From positions 7,337 through 71,336 of the forward strand of contig SEAD01000007.1 of the NCBI GenBank assembly GCA_004173355.1: DNA of 64,000 nucleotides. The letters run 5' to 3'. Numbering within the stretch: the stretch's first letter is position 1; the number at the start of each line of letters is the position of its first letter. Origin of the DNA: Chitinophagaceae bacterium. GTDB lineage: Bacteria; Bacteroidota; Bacteroidia; Chitinophagales; Chitinophagaceae. Below are positions 9,453 to 20,300 of this stretch, piece after piece. A model generated the notes under the pieces. That model was not told the DNA's origin. It worked only from the letters and a program-made list of their open reading frames with translations, and searched no databases. A program made the translations under genes and the position numbers.

Positions 9453-10853
9453 TCATTCCGGCCTGACCAGTTGTTTTTCGAGTTCTTCCAGCGCCACCCC
9501 TTTTGTTTCGGGTACGCGGGCCAATACCCAGACCAGCTGCAGCACCATCATAAAAGCAAAGAATGCAAAGATGATCCAGGGGTCATCCTTCAGCAGACCA
9601 TCAGTCTGGTCGAGGAATACCGGCGTCACCAATGTAATCAGCGCGGCAAAGACCCAGTGTACGCTGGCCCCGAACGACTGGCCGAGGGCACGTACATTGT
9701 TGGGGAAAATTTCGGAGATAAATACCCAGATGACTGCTCCCTGCCCGATGGCATGCGCCGCGATAAAGAGCAGCAGGAAACCCATCAGCAGACCCGCACC
9801 GGCACCGGAATAAAAACACCAGGCAACCATGGAGAGACTGACGATATAACCCAGTGATCCGATGATCAGCAGGGTCTTCCTTCCGATTCGATCGATCAGG
9901 TACAGGCCAACAAATGTAAACACGAGATTGGTACCGCCGAGTGCAATGGAATTGAGCAGTGAATCCTTTGCGGCAAGTCCTGCCCGCTCTAGTATCTCCG
10001 GTGCATAATACAGGATGAAGTTGATCCCGGATACCTGGTTAAAGAATGCCACCATGAAAGCCAGCCACATTACGCGGCTGTACCTCGGACTGAACACACT
10101 GGCTTTCCTGCCGGTGCGTTCAGATAAATGGTTTTTCACCACGATATCCGCTTCCGCGTCCGGATTGGCGATACCCAGTTTGGCCATAATTTTTTTTGCA
10201 TTCCCTGCATCATTGCGGTGGGTCAGCAGCCAGCGCGGGCTTTCGGGTACACCCACCACCAGCGCCGAATAGATCAGTGAGGGCACCGCCAGCGCACCGA
10301 GCATCCAGCGCCAGTCGTTATCCCCTCCCACCCCTTCAAGGAAGTAGTTGGACAGATAGGCAATCAGGATCCCGAAAACGATATTGAACTGGTACAGGGC
10401 CCCAAGGCGACCACGGTTGGCCGGTGTAGAAATTTCTGAAATATAGGTGGGCGCGGCCACGGATGATACCCCAATCCCCACACCCCCTACAAAACGGAAG
10501 AAGGAAAATGTATACGGGTCAGGCGCAAGGGCGGTACCGGCAGCTGAGACACTGAAGAGGATGCCGATCCAGACCAGCACTTTTTTCCTTCCCCATTTTT
10601 CCGTTGGGATACCCCCGAAAATGGCACCGACAACCGTGCCCCAGAGAGCCATCGACATGATGAATACACCATGAAACAAGGGACTCGTGTGCCAGAGCTC
10701 CTTGATCGGGAGATTAGCACCGGAAATAACCACGGTATCGAATCCGAAAATAAAACCTGCAAGCGCGGCCGTAAGTGAGACACGGAGAACATATGAACTG
10801 CTGTGGGGTGCTGCTATGGCGGATCCGGGGGGGCGGCTGGAATCTATGAACAT
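9453..10853 (-). CDS. MFS sugar porter family transporter
   Basis: Has 12-TM character and the sugar-porter motifs GRKKVL, PESPRWL and PETKG. Confidence 0.9.
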   Translation of the reverse strand: MFIDSSRPPGSAIAAPHSSSYVLRVSLTAALAGFIFGFDTVVISGANLPIKELWHTSPLFHGVFIMSMALWGTVVGAIFGGIPTEKWGRKKVLVWIGILFSVSAAGTALAPDPYTFSFFRFVGGVGIGVSSVAAPTYISEISTPANRGRLGALYQFNIVFGILIAYLSNYFLEGVGGDNDWRWMLGALAVPSLIYSALVVGVPESPRWLLTHRNDAGNAKKIMAKLGIANPDAEADIVVKNHLSERTGRKASVFSPRYSRVMWLAFMVAFFNQVSGINFILYYAPEILERAGLAAKDSLLNSIALGGTNLVFTFVGLYLIDRIGRKTLLIIGSLGYIVSLSMVAWCFYSGAGAGLLMGFLLLFIAAHAIGQGAVIWVFISEIFPNNVRALGQSFGASVHWVFAALITLVTPVFLDQTDGLLKDDPWIIFAFFAFMMVLQLVWVLARVPETKGVALEELEKQLVRPE

Positions 10854-10937
10854 GCTGATCGTTTTGGGATGAGAGGCAGAAGATAGACCGATAAATGTTT
10901 TCCGCCAAATCCCGCCGGCACGGGCTTATTTATTAGT

Positions 10938-13760
10938 ATGTTTAGCAGGCTAAAAAATATTCCGATGCGTTGTTTCCTCTTACTGTCCTGCATTGCCTTA
11001 TCACTGTGTGCCGCAGGGCAACAACTGAACTTCCGGCAGGATTACCAGCCTGCTGCTTTCACTGATACCGGACGGCTGGAAAAAATCAAAAAACTGCTGC
11101 CGGCAATCGACAGTATTTACAGGGAGCACGCGCTATCCAACCACTATCCCGGGATGGTGTATGGCGTGGTGGTGGACGGCCAGCTGATTGCCAAAGGCGG
11201 CTTTGGTTACCTGGATACGGAGAAAAAAAATCCGGTGACCTCCTCCTCCCTCTTCCGCATTGCATCGATGACCAAAAGTTTTACCAGCATGGCCATCCTC
11301 CGCCTCCGAGATGAGGGCAGGTTGTCACTCGATGATCCCGCGGAGAAATACATTCCCGAAATGAAATCACTGGTGTACCCCACTGCCGATGGAGGACTGA
11401 TCACAATCCGCCACCTGCTCACACATGGTGCCGGTTTTCCGGAAGACAATCCATGGGGCGACCGGCAATTGGCTGATTCCGATAAGGAGCTTGCTGATTT
11501 CCTGAAAAACAAACCGGGGTTTTCCAATCCGCCCGGACTTGAATACGAATACAGCAACCTGGGTTTTGCCTTACTCGGCCGCATCATTACCAAGGTCTCC
11601 GGCAAACCTTACCAATCCTATATCCGTGAAAAAATCTGGAAGCCACTTGGGATGGATAAATCCGAATGGGAATACGATCGCGTGGCGCCGGCACAACTCG
11701 CCCACGGATACCGCTGGCTGGATGGGAAATGGAAAGAGGAAGCACTGCTCCATGATACCCCGGACGGATCATGGGGTGCAATGGGAAGCATGATCACCTC
11801 CATCGATGAATTCGCGAAATATATGGCACTCCATCTCGGTGCCTGGCCGGCATCCAATGCACCCGAGACCGGACCGGTAAAACGGAGTTCGGTCCGTGAG
11901 ATCCAGTATCCCTGGCGGTTTAATGGACTGAATGCCGATTATAGTTACCCTGATGGACGCAGATGCGCTACAGCAACTGCTTACGGTTATGGACTGGGCT
12001 GGACGAAAGACTGTGAGGGGAGGATTTATCTCGCACACAGTGGTGGCCTGCCCGGTTTTGGCAGCCAGTGGAGGATCATGCCCGAGTATGGTATCGGTGT
12101 GGTAGCGTTTGCGAACCTGACGTATGCCGGTTTTGGTGCGGTACATATGCGGGTACTCGATTCATTGGTAAAGGCAGCAGGCCTGAAGCCCCGACAGCAG
12201 GGCGTTTCGATGATCCTGCGCCAACGTTCCAATGAGCTTGCGGCTTTATTGCCGGATTGGGAAAATGCGGAAACCAGTGGCATTTTCGCAGAAAACTTTT
12301 TTCCAGATAACCCGCTCAACCTGCTTCGTGAACGGAGCAGGGCAGCATTCAAAAATGCAGGCAAGGTCATTGGCCTGACAGAAATCATTCCCCTGAACCA
12401 GTTGAGGGGTACGTTCCGCATCCATTGCGAAAACGCCGATGTACTGGTATTCTTTACTCTCTCACCCGAAAACCCGGGACTGATCCAGGCATTTGAGATC
12501 CGGAAGGAAGAAGCCCCGGCTGCAAAAAGCCGGTCCGGTATCGAAAACGGCTCCGCGCTTGCAGCAACCTATTTCCGCGAAGCGGAAGCCGCCGCAGCAT
12601 CACAGCAGCTCTGGAAAGCGTCGCTGTATGGACCTATGATGTTTATCGACCTTGACACCCGCAGGGCAATTGCCAATACACCGGATAGCGCAGGGTTGTT
12701 CAAAGCAGAGAATGGAGTGTATACCGGCGTTCTGCCAAAAGAGGTCATGCTTGCCAACACTGCCATTGACTGGCAGGGCAAAAAATGGTCGCTGGTACTG
12801 TGGCCGGCACCGGCAAATAAAAATGACCGGCTAAACCTGATGCTGCACGAATCCTTCCATCGCATCCAGGGCCAGCTTGGTTTCGCCATGAATGATCCGG
12901 CATTAAACCATCTCGCCAGCATGGAAGGACGTATTTATTTTTTACTGGAGATGCAGGCACTGAAAGCAGCGGTGAACAAACCTCCCGGTGAGCGAAACGA
13001 AGACCTGCGAAGTGCGTTGATTTTCCGGAGACAGCGATCACAGTTGTTTCCCCTTACCATCGACAATGAACGGTTGATGGAGCTCCATGAAGGACTGGCA
13101 GAATTTACCGGTACATGGCTTGGTGTCAGCAGCGACAGCCTGGCTACACATCTTGGCCGTCTTGCTGACAATGCGGAAGCATTACCCTCACTGATCCGTA
13201 CTGCCTCATCAATCAGTGGCCCCCTGTACGGCTGTCTGCTTTCCCAGCGGGACCCATCCTGGACAAGCGGGCTGAACCAGGGTTCAAACCTGCAATTGTT
13301 ACTGGAAAAGGCATACGGGACCAACGCTGCAACAAAAGATCTCCATTTTGATTCGAAAGCACGGGAGCGGCGATATGATGGCGTGAGAATCAGGACAAAC
13401 GAAAAAACGAGAGAGGAAAAACGACTGGCACAGGAAAAGCAATACCGCCGGATGTTTTTCGATGGACCGGTTTTACTCATTGACCTCGTCAAGATGAATA
13501 TCAATTTCAACCCCTCAAATATGTTTGACCTCGGGGACGCGGGCACCGTTTACCCCACCGCATTTGTCAGGGATGCCTGGGGCGAACTGACCGTCACGGA
13601 TGGCATGCTGATGAAGGACTGGAAGCAGGTCCGCCTGGCATTGACGGCTGGCATCGATGAAGGCAGCAGCCGGATTGAAGGGAAAGGCTGGACCCTCGTG
13701 CTGAATCCCGGCTGGAAACCGGTCCGCGCAGGTAATAACATGTATACACTTGTAAAGTAA
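10938..13760 (+). CDS. Secreted serine hydrolase (beta-lactamase/PBP fold) fused to a C-terminal HExxH peptidase-MA-like domain
   Basis: Signal peptide MRCFLLLSCIALSLCAAGQ. S-x-x-K active-site motif SMTK at residues 110-113 (nt 11265-11276). C-terminal half carries HESFH (nt 12846-12860) and a downstream HEGLAEF (nt 13086-13106), the gluzincin-type arrangement. Confidence 0.85.
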   Translation: MFSRLKNIPMRCFLLLSCIALSLCAAGQQLNFRQDYQPAAFTDTGRLEKIKKLLPAIDSIYREHALSNHYPGMVYGVVVDGQLIAKGGFGYLDTEKKNPVTSSSLFRIASMTKSFTSMAILRLRDEGRLSLDDPAEKYIPEMKSLVYPTADGGLITIRHLLTHGAGFPEDNPWGDRQLADSDKELADFLKNKPGFSNPPGLEYEYSNLGFALLGRIITKVSGKPYQSYIREKIWKPLGMDKSEWEYDRVAPAQLAHGYRWLDGKWKEEALLHDTPDGSWGAMGSMITSIDEFAKYMALHLGAWPASNAPETGPVKRSSVREIQYPWRFNGLNADYSYPDGRRCATATAYGYGLGWTKDCEGRIYLAHSGGLPGFGSQWRIMPEYGIGVVAFANLTYAGFGAVHMRVLDSLVKAAGLKPRQQGVSMILRQRSNELAALLPDWENAETSGIFAENFFPDNPLNLLRERSRAAFKNAGKVIGLTEIIPLNQLRGTFRIHCENADVLVFFTLSPENPGLIQAFEIRKEEAPAAKSRSGIENGSALAATYFREAEAAAASQQLWKASLYGPMMFIDLDTRRAIANTPDSAGLFKAENGVYTGVLPKEVMLANTAIDWQGKKWSLVLWPAPANKNDRLNLMLHESFHRIQGQLGFAMNDPALNHLASMEGRIYFLLEMQALKAAVNKPPGERNEDLRSALIFRRQRSQLFPLTIDNERLMELHEGLAEFTGTWLGVSSDSLATHLGRLADNAEALPSLIRTASSISGPLYGCLLSQRDPSWTSGLNQGSNLQLLLEKAYGTNAATKDLHFDSKARERRYDGVRIRTNEKTREEKRLAQEKQYRRMFFDGPVLLIDLVKMNINFNPSNMFDLGDAGTVYPTAFVRDAWGELTVTDGMLMKDWKQVRLALTAGIDEGSSRIEGKGWTLVLNPGWKPVRAGNNMYTLVK

Positions 13761-13858
13761 ACATTGTACTGGTGCCGCCCGGAAACACAATTGGCCCGGG
13801 TGTTGCAACGGTTGACGAATACTGCGCCACTGGATGGCCTGTAAACCCAACGTCCCAT

Positions 13859-14749
13859 ATGCTCACAAACAGAAGACTGTCGATACTTTATTTCCTGAAC
13901 CTCATCAAATGGGACGCCCTCGCAATATTCAGCTACACGCTGATTATTGGCATGACAGACAACCTGCCGCACCTCCGCGATATCCGCATACCGATCACAC
14001 TGGCTGCGCTGGTGGGTACACTTTTGTCATTACTGCTCGGTTTCCGGACAGCCCAGTCCTATGAACGCTGGTGGGAAGCACGGAACATCTGGGGCTCGAT
14101 CGTAAACGACAGCCGCACATTTGTGCGCCAGATGATGCAATTCCTTCCCGCCACCCCGGCCAAACAAAAGGAGATACAGGAACTGGCCATCAGGCAATAT
14201 ATCTGGTGTTTTGCACTCGCCAATACGATGCGCAAGTGTCCCATGCCTTCCAATGTACAGGAGTACATTGATGCGAACGGGATTGGGGACACCAGCAACC
14301 TGCCCAACAGGTTACTGACTGCGCATGGTGAACAATTGTTTCGTATCAGCGAGGATTTTAAGCTGGACGACAACAAACAGGTACAACTCGACAGCACATT
14401 ACAACGACTGACGGATTCAATGGGTCGTTGCGAACGGATCAAAAACACCGTATTCCCACGGTCGTACAGCCTGCTGATCCATTTCCTGATCTATGTGCTG
14501 ATGACCATCCTCCCTTTCGGTCTTGAACATAACAATCCCATCGTCGAGATTTTTATTTCCACTCTTATCCCGCTGCTCTTTATCGCTATCGAACGGACAG
14601 CAATCCTGATGCAGGACCCGTTTGAAAACAAACCAACCGATACCCCAATGACCGCTCTTTCGCAGACTATTGAACGCAACCTCCGGGAGATGTCGGGGCT
14701 CAGACCGGTGGATGGCCCGCCACCCCTGGAGACATACTACCAGATGTAA
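13859..14749 (+). CDS. Bestrophin-family (YneE/UPF0187-like) channel protein
   Basis: Motif FRTAQSYERWWEARNIWGSIVNDSRTF plus TM helices near both ends. I place the start at ATG 13859 (MLTNRRLSILYF...) rather than the GTG 13772 of the ORF track. Confidence 0.8.
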   Translation: MLTNRRLSILYFLNLIKWDALAIFSYTLIIGMTDNLPHLRDIRIPITLAALVGTLLSLLLGFRTAQSYERWWEARNIWGSIVNDSRTFVRQMMQFLPATPAKQKEIQELAIRQYIWCFALANTMRKCPMPSNVQEYIDANGIGDTSNLPNRLLTAHGEQLFRISEDFKLDDNKQVQLDSTLQRLTDSMGRCERIKNTVFPRSYSLLIHFLIYVLMTILPFGLEHNNPIVEIFISTLIPLLFIAIERTAILMQDPFENKPTDTPMTALSQTIERNLREMSGLRPVDGPPPLETYYQM

Positions 14750-14785
14750 ACTGCGATTTCTCGGCACGACTCAGTAAATTCAGGT

Positions 14786-15874
14786 ATGAAACAAGGAATG
14801 CGGCTGAAGTTCCGGCAGCTCCGGGTAATCGTCATTTCCTGGATGATCATGGGTGTACTTATTACCCTGTATGATCATTTTGTGCTCACAACCGACAACT
14901 CCCTTGGCCTCTCTCCCTCCTATTCCATCTGGATGTACCTGGTGCGGAATATTGGTGCCGGTCTCTTCGGGGCACTGATCGGGGGAAGCCTGATGGTTTT
15001 TTACATCAATGAAAAACTACAGGATAAACCCTATGCGTATACATTGTTGCTGGTGTTTCTCGGGTTTATCGGCACGGTGGCCCTCATATCCATTACCATG
15101 GGGCTGATCCTTGTGCCGGTGAAGACAGGCAAACCACTCACTGATCCCGAAACCCAGGCGGCGCTTTACAGCTTCCTCCGTGACCCTTCACATATCAAGG
15201 CCGCCATGTCATGGTCGCTCGTGGTTGCGATCACACAGTTGCTGCTGCAGGTAAACAGTAAATTCGGCCAGGCAAATTTCTGGAATATTATCCGCGGCAA
15301 GTACAACCAGCCGAGGGAAGAGCAACGCGTGTTCATGTTCCTTGACATCAATGATTCCACCAGCATTGCCGAAACGCTTGGGGACGAACGTTACCATTCG
15401 CTGCTAAAGGATTTTTTTGCAGATATCACCAGTCCGATCCTCGATAACCGGGGCAGCATCTACCAGTATGTGGGCGATGAAGTAGTGGTGGCATGGCTGC
15501 ATGACGACGGTATCCGGGATGCACATTGTGTACGGTGCTTCTTTGATATGAAACAACGCATCAGCAGCCGGAGCGAACATTATACCCGGAAGTATGGACT
15601 GGTGCCGGGTTTCAAGGCAGGCATCCATTGCGGCCGCGTGATTGCCGGGGAAGTGGGCATTATCAAAAGGGATATCACGTACTCCGGTGATGTACTGAAT
15701 ACAACCTCCAGGATCCTGGGAAAATGTAATGAGTATAAAAGGGAAATCATCGCCTCGTCCGACCTGATAGAAATCCTGAACTTCCCTGCGGGTTACAGCA
15801 GCCAGCCGTTGGGCTCCATCCAGTTGAAAGGGAAATCAAAGTCGATCGAGCTCAGTGCCGTAGTACCCTCCTGA
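14786..15874 (+). CDS. Membrane-anchored class III adenylate/guanylate cyclase
   Basis: The N-terminal ~170 aa are hydrophobic (multiple TM helices). The catalytic domain shows VFMFLDINDSTSIAE, YVGDEVVVAW, GIHCGRVIAGEVG and YSGDVLNTTSR. Starts 36 nt after the bestrophin gene. Confidence 0.85.
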   Translation: MKQGMRLKFRQLRVIVISWMIMGVLITLYDHFVLTTDNSLGLSPSYSIWMYLVRNIGAGLFGALIGGSLMVFYINEKLQDKPYAYTLLLVFLGFIGTVALISITMGLILVPVKTGKPLTDPETQAALYSFLRDPSHIKAAMSWSLVVAITQLLLQVNSKFGQANFWNIIRGKYNQPREEQRVFMFLDINDSTSIAETLGDERYHSLLKDFFADITSPILDNRGSIYQYVGDEVVVAWLHDDGIRDAHCVRCFFDMKQRISSRSEHYTRKYGLVPGFKAGIHCGRVIAGEVGIIKRDITYSGDVLNTTSRILGKCNEYKREIIASSDLIEILNFPAGYSSQPLGSIQLKGKSKSIELSAVVPS

Positions 15875-16045
15875 TCACGCATCCGTAAAATACCTACCGT
15901 AGGATTACCCGGATGTTGGTTCCTGGTCAGATCCTTATCTGCCGGTGCTTGCAGGAACCGGTTCTGGTTTTTACATTTGGTAAGAACACAAAAACGACAG
16001 CCCTACAAACTGAAAAAATAATTTCACTAGCAGTTCAGATCAATT

Positions 16046-16080
16046 AGCCGCCCGTGTCAACGGGCGGCTTTACTTTTTCC
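16046..16080. terminator. Rho-independent-type hairpin between convergent cyclase and dehydrogenase genes
   Basis: Perfect 9-bp stem AGCCGCCCG / CGGGCGGCT (16046-16054 and 16061-16069) with a 6-nt loop, followed by TTTACTTTTT on the plus strand. Confidence 0.6.
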
Positions 16081-17173
16081 ACTCCACCACTACCTTGATA
16101 TCGTTTACATCGTGGTTATGAACAGAGCTTTCGAAGTCTGTAAACGGCACCACACGCGTAATCAGTTTTTCCAGCAGACCCGGCCATTTTTTACTGGCTT
16201 CAGACAGGTAGGTTATGCCTTGCCGGAAATGATCGATGGAGGCATTGACACTTCCCACCATCACCTGGTTCTTCAATACCACCTGTTTCATCAGTTCGCC
16301 CGCTGCAATGGTGGCGGGTCTTGTCCCGGACGGGATACCCGTTGCCACATACACCCCGTTTATTGCCAGTGCATCCAGCAGGGTAACCTGCAGCTCACCA
16401 ATACCCGCTGCCTCAAATATAAAATCCACTTCCCCCACTTTCCCGTCAAAATCCATAACCTGCACCTTACGCCCATCCACATAGGTTCCCCCGAGTTCCT
16501 TCAGCAGCGTGGGGCGCAGGCTGTTTTCATCCACCACATCCATCCCGGTCACATCCATTCCCCTCAGACGCAGTACTACCGCGGCAAGGAGGCCAATGGC
16601 ACCAATACCCGCGACGAGTGCCCTGCGCCCTTTCATCCAGTCACCTTTGGTAAAATCACCTAGTCGTGCCCACTGTAGTGACATCGCTTCATCGATGGCC
16701 TTCGCCGCAACCGACATGGGTTCTCCCAGTACACCAAGCGCGGCTATTTCAGCTGGCACCGGTATAAAATATTCTTCGCGGTCCACCACCCATTGCGACT
16801 GGAAACCATCTGCCGCCTTGATTCCGCGTTCGGTGTAATCGCCAGTGAAACACATATCACTCCGGCCCGCATCACAGGCCGGACATTTCCCACAACCCCG
16901 GCGCACGGAAAAAATGCCATAGTCCCCGGTCTTCACGTTGCTGACTGCATCGCCTGTTGCAACCACGCGGCCAAACATTTCATGCCCGATAACGAGGCGG
17001 TCCATCCCCGGTGGGGCATCCGAACGTCCTCCCTCCACCTGTTCCCGATCGGTGCCGCAGATCCCGACACGCAGCACTTCCATCCTGATTTCGTCGGGAG
17101 CACCGACCTGCGGCTCATCCGTATCGATCAGACTAACCTGTTTTGTACCCGGTTTTAACGCTATTGCCTTCAT
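16070..17173 (-). CDS. Zinc-dependent medium-chain dehydrogenase (glucose/threonine dehydrogenase-like)
   Basis: GICGTDRE zinc-ligand motif, structural-zinc Cys cluster GCGKCPACDAG, and Rossmann segment ALVAGIGAIGLLA. Confidence 0.85.
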   Translation of the reverse strand: MKAIALKPGTKQVSLIDTDEPQVGAPDEIRMEVLRVGICGTDREQVEGGRSDAPPGMDRLVIGHEMFGRVVATGDAVSNVKTGDYGIFSVRRGCGKCPACDAGRSDMCFTGDYTERGIKAADGFQSQWVVDREEYFIPVPAEIAALGVLGEPMSVAAKAIDEAMSLQWARLGDFTKGDWMKGRRALVAGIGAIGLLAAVVLRLRGMDVTGMDVVDENSLRPTLLKELGGTYVDGRKVQVMDFDGKVGEVDFIFEAAGIGELQVTLLDALAINGVYVATGIPSGTRPATIAAGELMKQVVLKNQVMVGSVNASIDHFRQGITYLSEASKKWPGLLEKLITRVVPFTDFESSVHNHDVNDIKVVVEWKK

Positions 17174-17227
17174 TGGAATATTTTATGGGCATAGACGAAC
17201 AAAAACAACACCAAGCGCGCAAGCGGG

Positions 17228-17261
17228 AAAAAAAACGGCCGCCCCGGGAACGGGGCGGCCG
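17228..17261 (-). terminator. Rho-independent terminator downstream of the RND efflux operon
   Basis: 11-bp GC-rich stem CGGCCGCCCCG / CGGGGCGGCCG (17236-17246 and 17251-17261) with a 4-nt loop, followed on the minus strand by a run of 8 T (17228-17235). Confidence 0.8.
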
Positions 17262-17331
17262 ACGTAAAAAACCGCCAGACGAAAACAGAAATCATCCTAC
17301 CCACTCCCTGGTACCAGCGAGGCTGGCGGGG

Positions 17332-20300
17332 TCAGGTATGTTTTGGCGTAAAACCATCTTGCGCAAACTCCCGGGGCTCATAATCGGCCACCATCAATTC
17401 ACCGATATCTTCCTTCTTGTTCCTGCTATTTGCCCGGTCGATCCATTTGTCAAAAATCAGGTACATCACCGGCACCACGATCAGTGTCAGGAACAGCGAA
17501 CTCAACAGTCCGCCGATTATAACCCAGGCGAGACCATTTTTCCATTCGGCACCGGCACCACTGGCCAGTGCGATGGGCAACATCCCGATCACCATCGCAA
17601 TAGTGGTCATGAGGATTGGCCGAAGGCGCGCATGGTTAGCCTGGATCACCGCATTAAATGCAGTTTCCCCTTCTGCCTTCCGCTGGTTCGTAAAATCAAC
17701 CAGGATAATGGCATTTTTTGCCACCAGTCCGATCAGCATGATCATCCCAAGGATGGTAAACAGGTTAAGGGAATTATTGGTGAGAGCGAGGGCAAGTAAT
17801 GCACCGATCACGGATAGCGGAATGGAAAACAATACCACAAACGGATACGCAAAACTGTTGTAGAGTGCTACCATGATCAGGTACACCAGCACAATTGCAG
17901 CCAGTAATGCGATACCTAGTGAACCAAAACCTTCGGCCTGGTTTTCCATGTCACCGGACCACACATAGTTGACCCCGTTGGGTCGCTGCATCTGGTCGAT
18001 CCGCGTCTGCCATTCCGCGGAAATCGTTCCTGATGGCCGCCCGACGGCCTGTGCCTGCACGGTCACCGAAGTACTCTTGTCACGCCGCTCGAGCATGCTT
18101 GGTCCCGAACTTTCCTTAACGGTTGCAAACTGGGAGAGCCGAACCCGCTCACCGCGGTCGTTCACAAACGCGAGGTTGCTCACATCATTTATACTTTTCC
18201 GGTTGAACGCATCAAACCGGATATTGATATCATATTCAAATTCGCCTGCACGGTACTTCCCATCCGTATTCCCGCTGAAGGCGGTCTGCATCGTGCTACC
18301 CACGGTCTGCAGCGATAAGCCGAGTGAAGCCATTTTATCCCGATCCACCTGTACATTGATTTCCGGGTTTCCGGTTTCAACCGAAAGCCGGATTTCCGTG
18401 GCTCCGGCAATACCGCGAAGCGTATCCATGGCCTGTTTTGCAAAAGCCATTACCGGTTCCAGTTCAGGACCGGTTACAACCAGCGCGAGCGGAGCCTGCT
18501 CGGCAGTACCCAGGATACTGACCGGTACTGTTTTCACCTTCGCGCCAACCACTACCCTTTCCAGTTCGCGTTTCGTTTTGGCTGCATACACATAGGCATC
18601 GTCTTCCCGTTGTTTTTTCTCCACCAGCTTTACGCTGATTTCGGATTTATAAGCGGTCGACTGCGATGCACCAACGCCATCGCTGGATTGTCCAACGGTA
18701 GTAATGAGCTGTGTCACTTCCGGTTTGGTGCGGAGGAAATCCTCTGCCCGTTGTGTCATCTGGTTGGTCTGTTCCAGTGATACATCTTTTGGCATTTCAA
18801 TCTGTACAAGGAATTCACCACGGTCACTCTTGGCAAAAAATTCAGCGCCGATAAATCCTGCGCCGACCAGGCTGAAAGAACCGATAAACAGCACGAGGAT
18901 AATGGCGAGCGTGGTCTTTTTATGACCGATGGACCATTTAAGGATACCTGTCACCCATGCAGTGAAACTGTTGAGTCCGCTTTCAAACCCAAGGATAATT
19001 TTCCCGAAGAAATTTTTACCCTGGATATGTTCCAGTTTACCGAACCGCGAAGAGAGCCAGGGTACAATGGTAAAGGAAGAAAGCAGGGAGAGCAGTGTTG
19101 CCATCGCAACTGTCACGCAGAACTCCTTTAGGATATCCGCAGCAAGACCGGTACTCAGTGCAATCGGGATAAATACCACCACAATTACGAGAGTGATGGA
19201 GGTAACGGTAAAACCAATTTCCTTAGTAGCATCAAATGATGCCCGCACGCGGTTTTTCCCCATCTCCATATGCCGGTAAATATTTTCAAGTACCACGATG
19301 GCATCATCCACGAGGATCCCCACTACCAGCGAGAGACCAAGGAGTGACATGAGGTTCAATGAGTAGCCGAGCAACTGCATCCCGATAAAGGTGGCGATGA
19401 GCGAAGCGGGGATCGCCACCATGACGATCAGGGCGTTCCGGATGCTGTGAAGGAAGAAAAGCATTACCACGGCCACCAGCACGATCGCCAGGATCAGGTC
19501 ATGGATCACGGCATCGGCGGATTCGAGGGTATAAACTGAACTGTCATTTACAATCGCGAGTTTCAGTCCCGCGCTGTTGTATTCTTGTGTCAGACGGTCC
19601 TGTATAGCCTTTACCCCATCGCTTACGCTCACCGCATTGGCATCGGATTGTTTCATCACCTGCACGGCAATGGCGCTTTGCAGGTCTACCCGCGCCAGTT
19701 TTTCTTCATCCTTGACAGCATCCTGGATATCCGCCACATCACGCAGGTACACCGGTGTACCGTTGGCCGGCGTAAATACCACCAGTTGACGGAGTTCGTC
19801 GATCGTTTTGAATTTGCCGGCAAGCCGGATCAGGATATCCTGGTTGCGGGTCTGCACGCTACCCGTGGGGAAGTCGAGGTTGGAAGTCAGGATTCCCTGC
19901 TGCACCTGCAACAGCGAGAGTCCGTAAGTTTCAAGCTTCGCCGCATCCACACTAACCTGGATCTCGCGTTCCTGTCCGCCGATCAGGTTCACCTGTGCCA
20001 CACCTGGTACCCGGGAAATGACCGGTGCGATCCGTTTATCCATCAGGTCGAAAAATGCCGCTTCATCCATATTTGCCGAAGCAGACATCGTGATGATCGG
20101 CAGGTCATCGAGTGAGAACTTGTTGAGCGAAGGAGGATCAACGTCTTCCGGGAGATCTTTCAGGATTGCGTTGACCTTACGCTGGGCGTCATTGAGTGCC
20201 AGGTCCACATCTGCCCCACTGTTGAGCGTAATGGTGATGGTGGAAAGGCTTTCAAATGATTTTGATTCCAGCTTCTTGATATTTTCCATCGATGACACGG

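Noticed and set aside
13772-13858. 5' extensions of longest-ORF calls (also 25486-25575, 34660-34725, 35668-35748, 45307-45345, 47812-47907, 50939-51031, 51004-51033, 57250-57309, 57368-57427, 60498-60575, 62946-62975)
   Set aside because: Several begin with GTG/TTG, encode non-native sequence and overlap neighbouring genes or promoters. An internal ATG immediately followed by a signal peptide, Rossmann motif or family-typical N-terminus gives a better start in each case.
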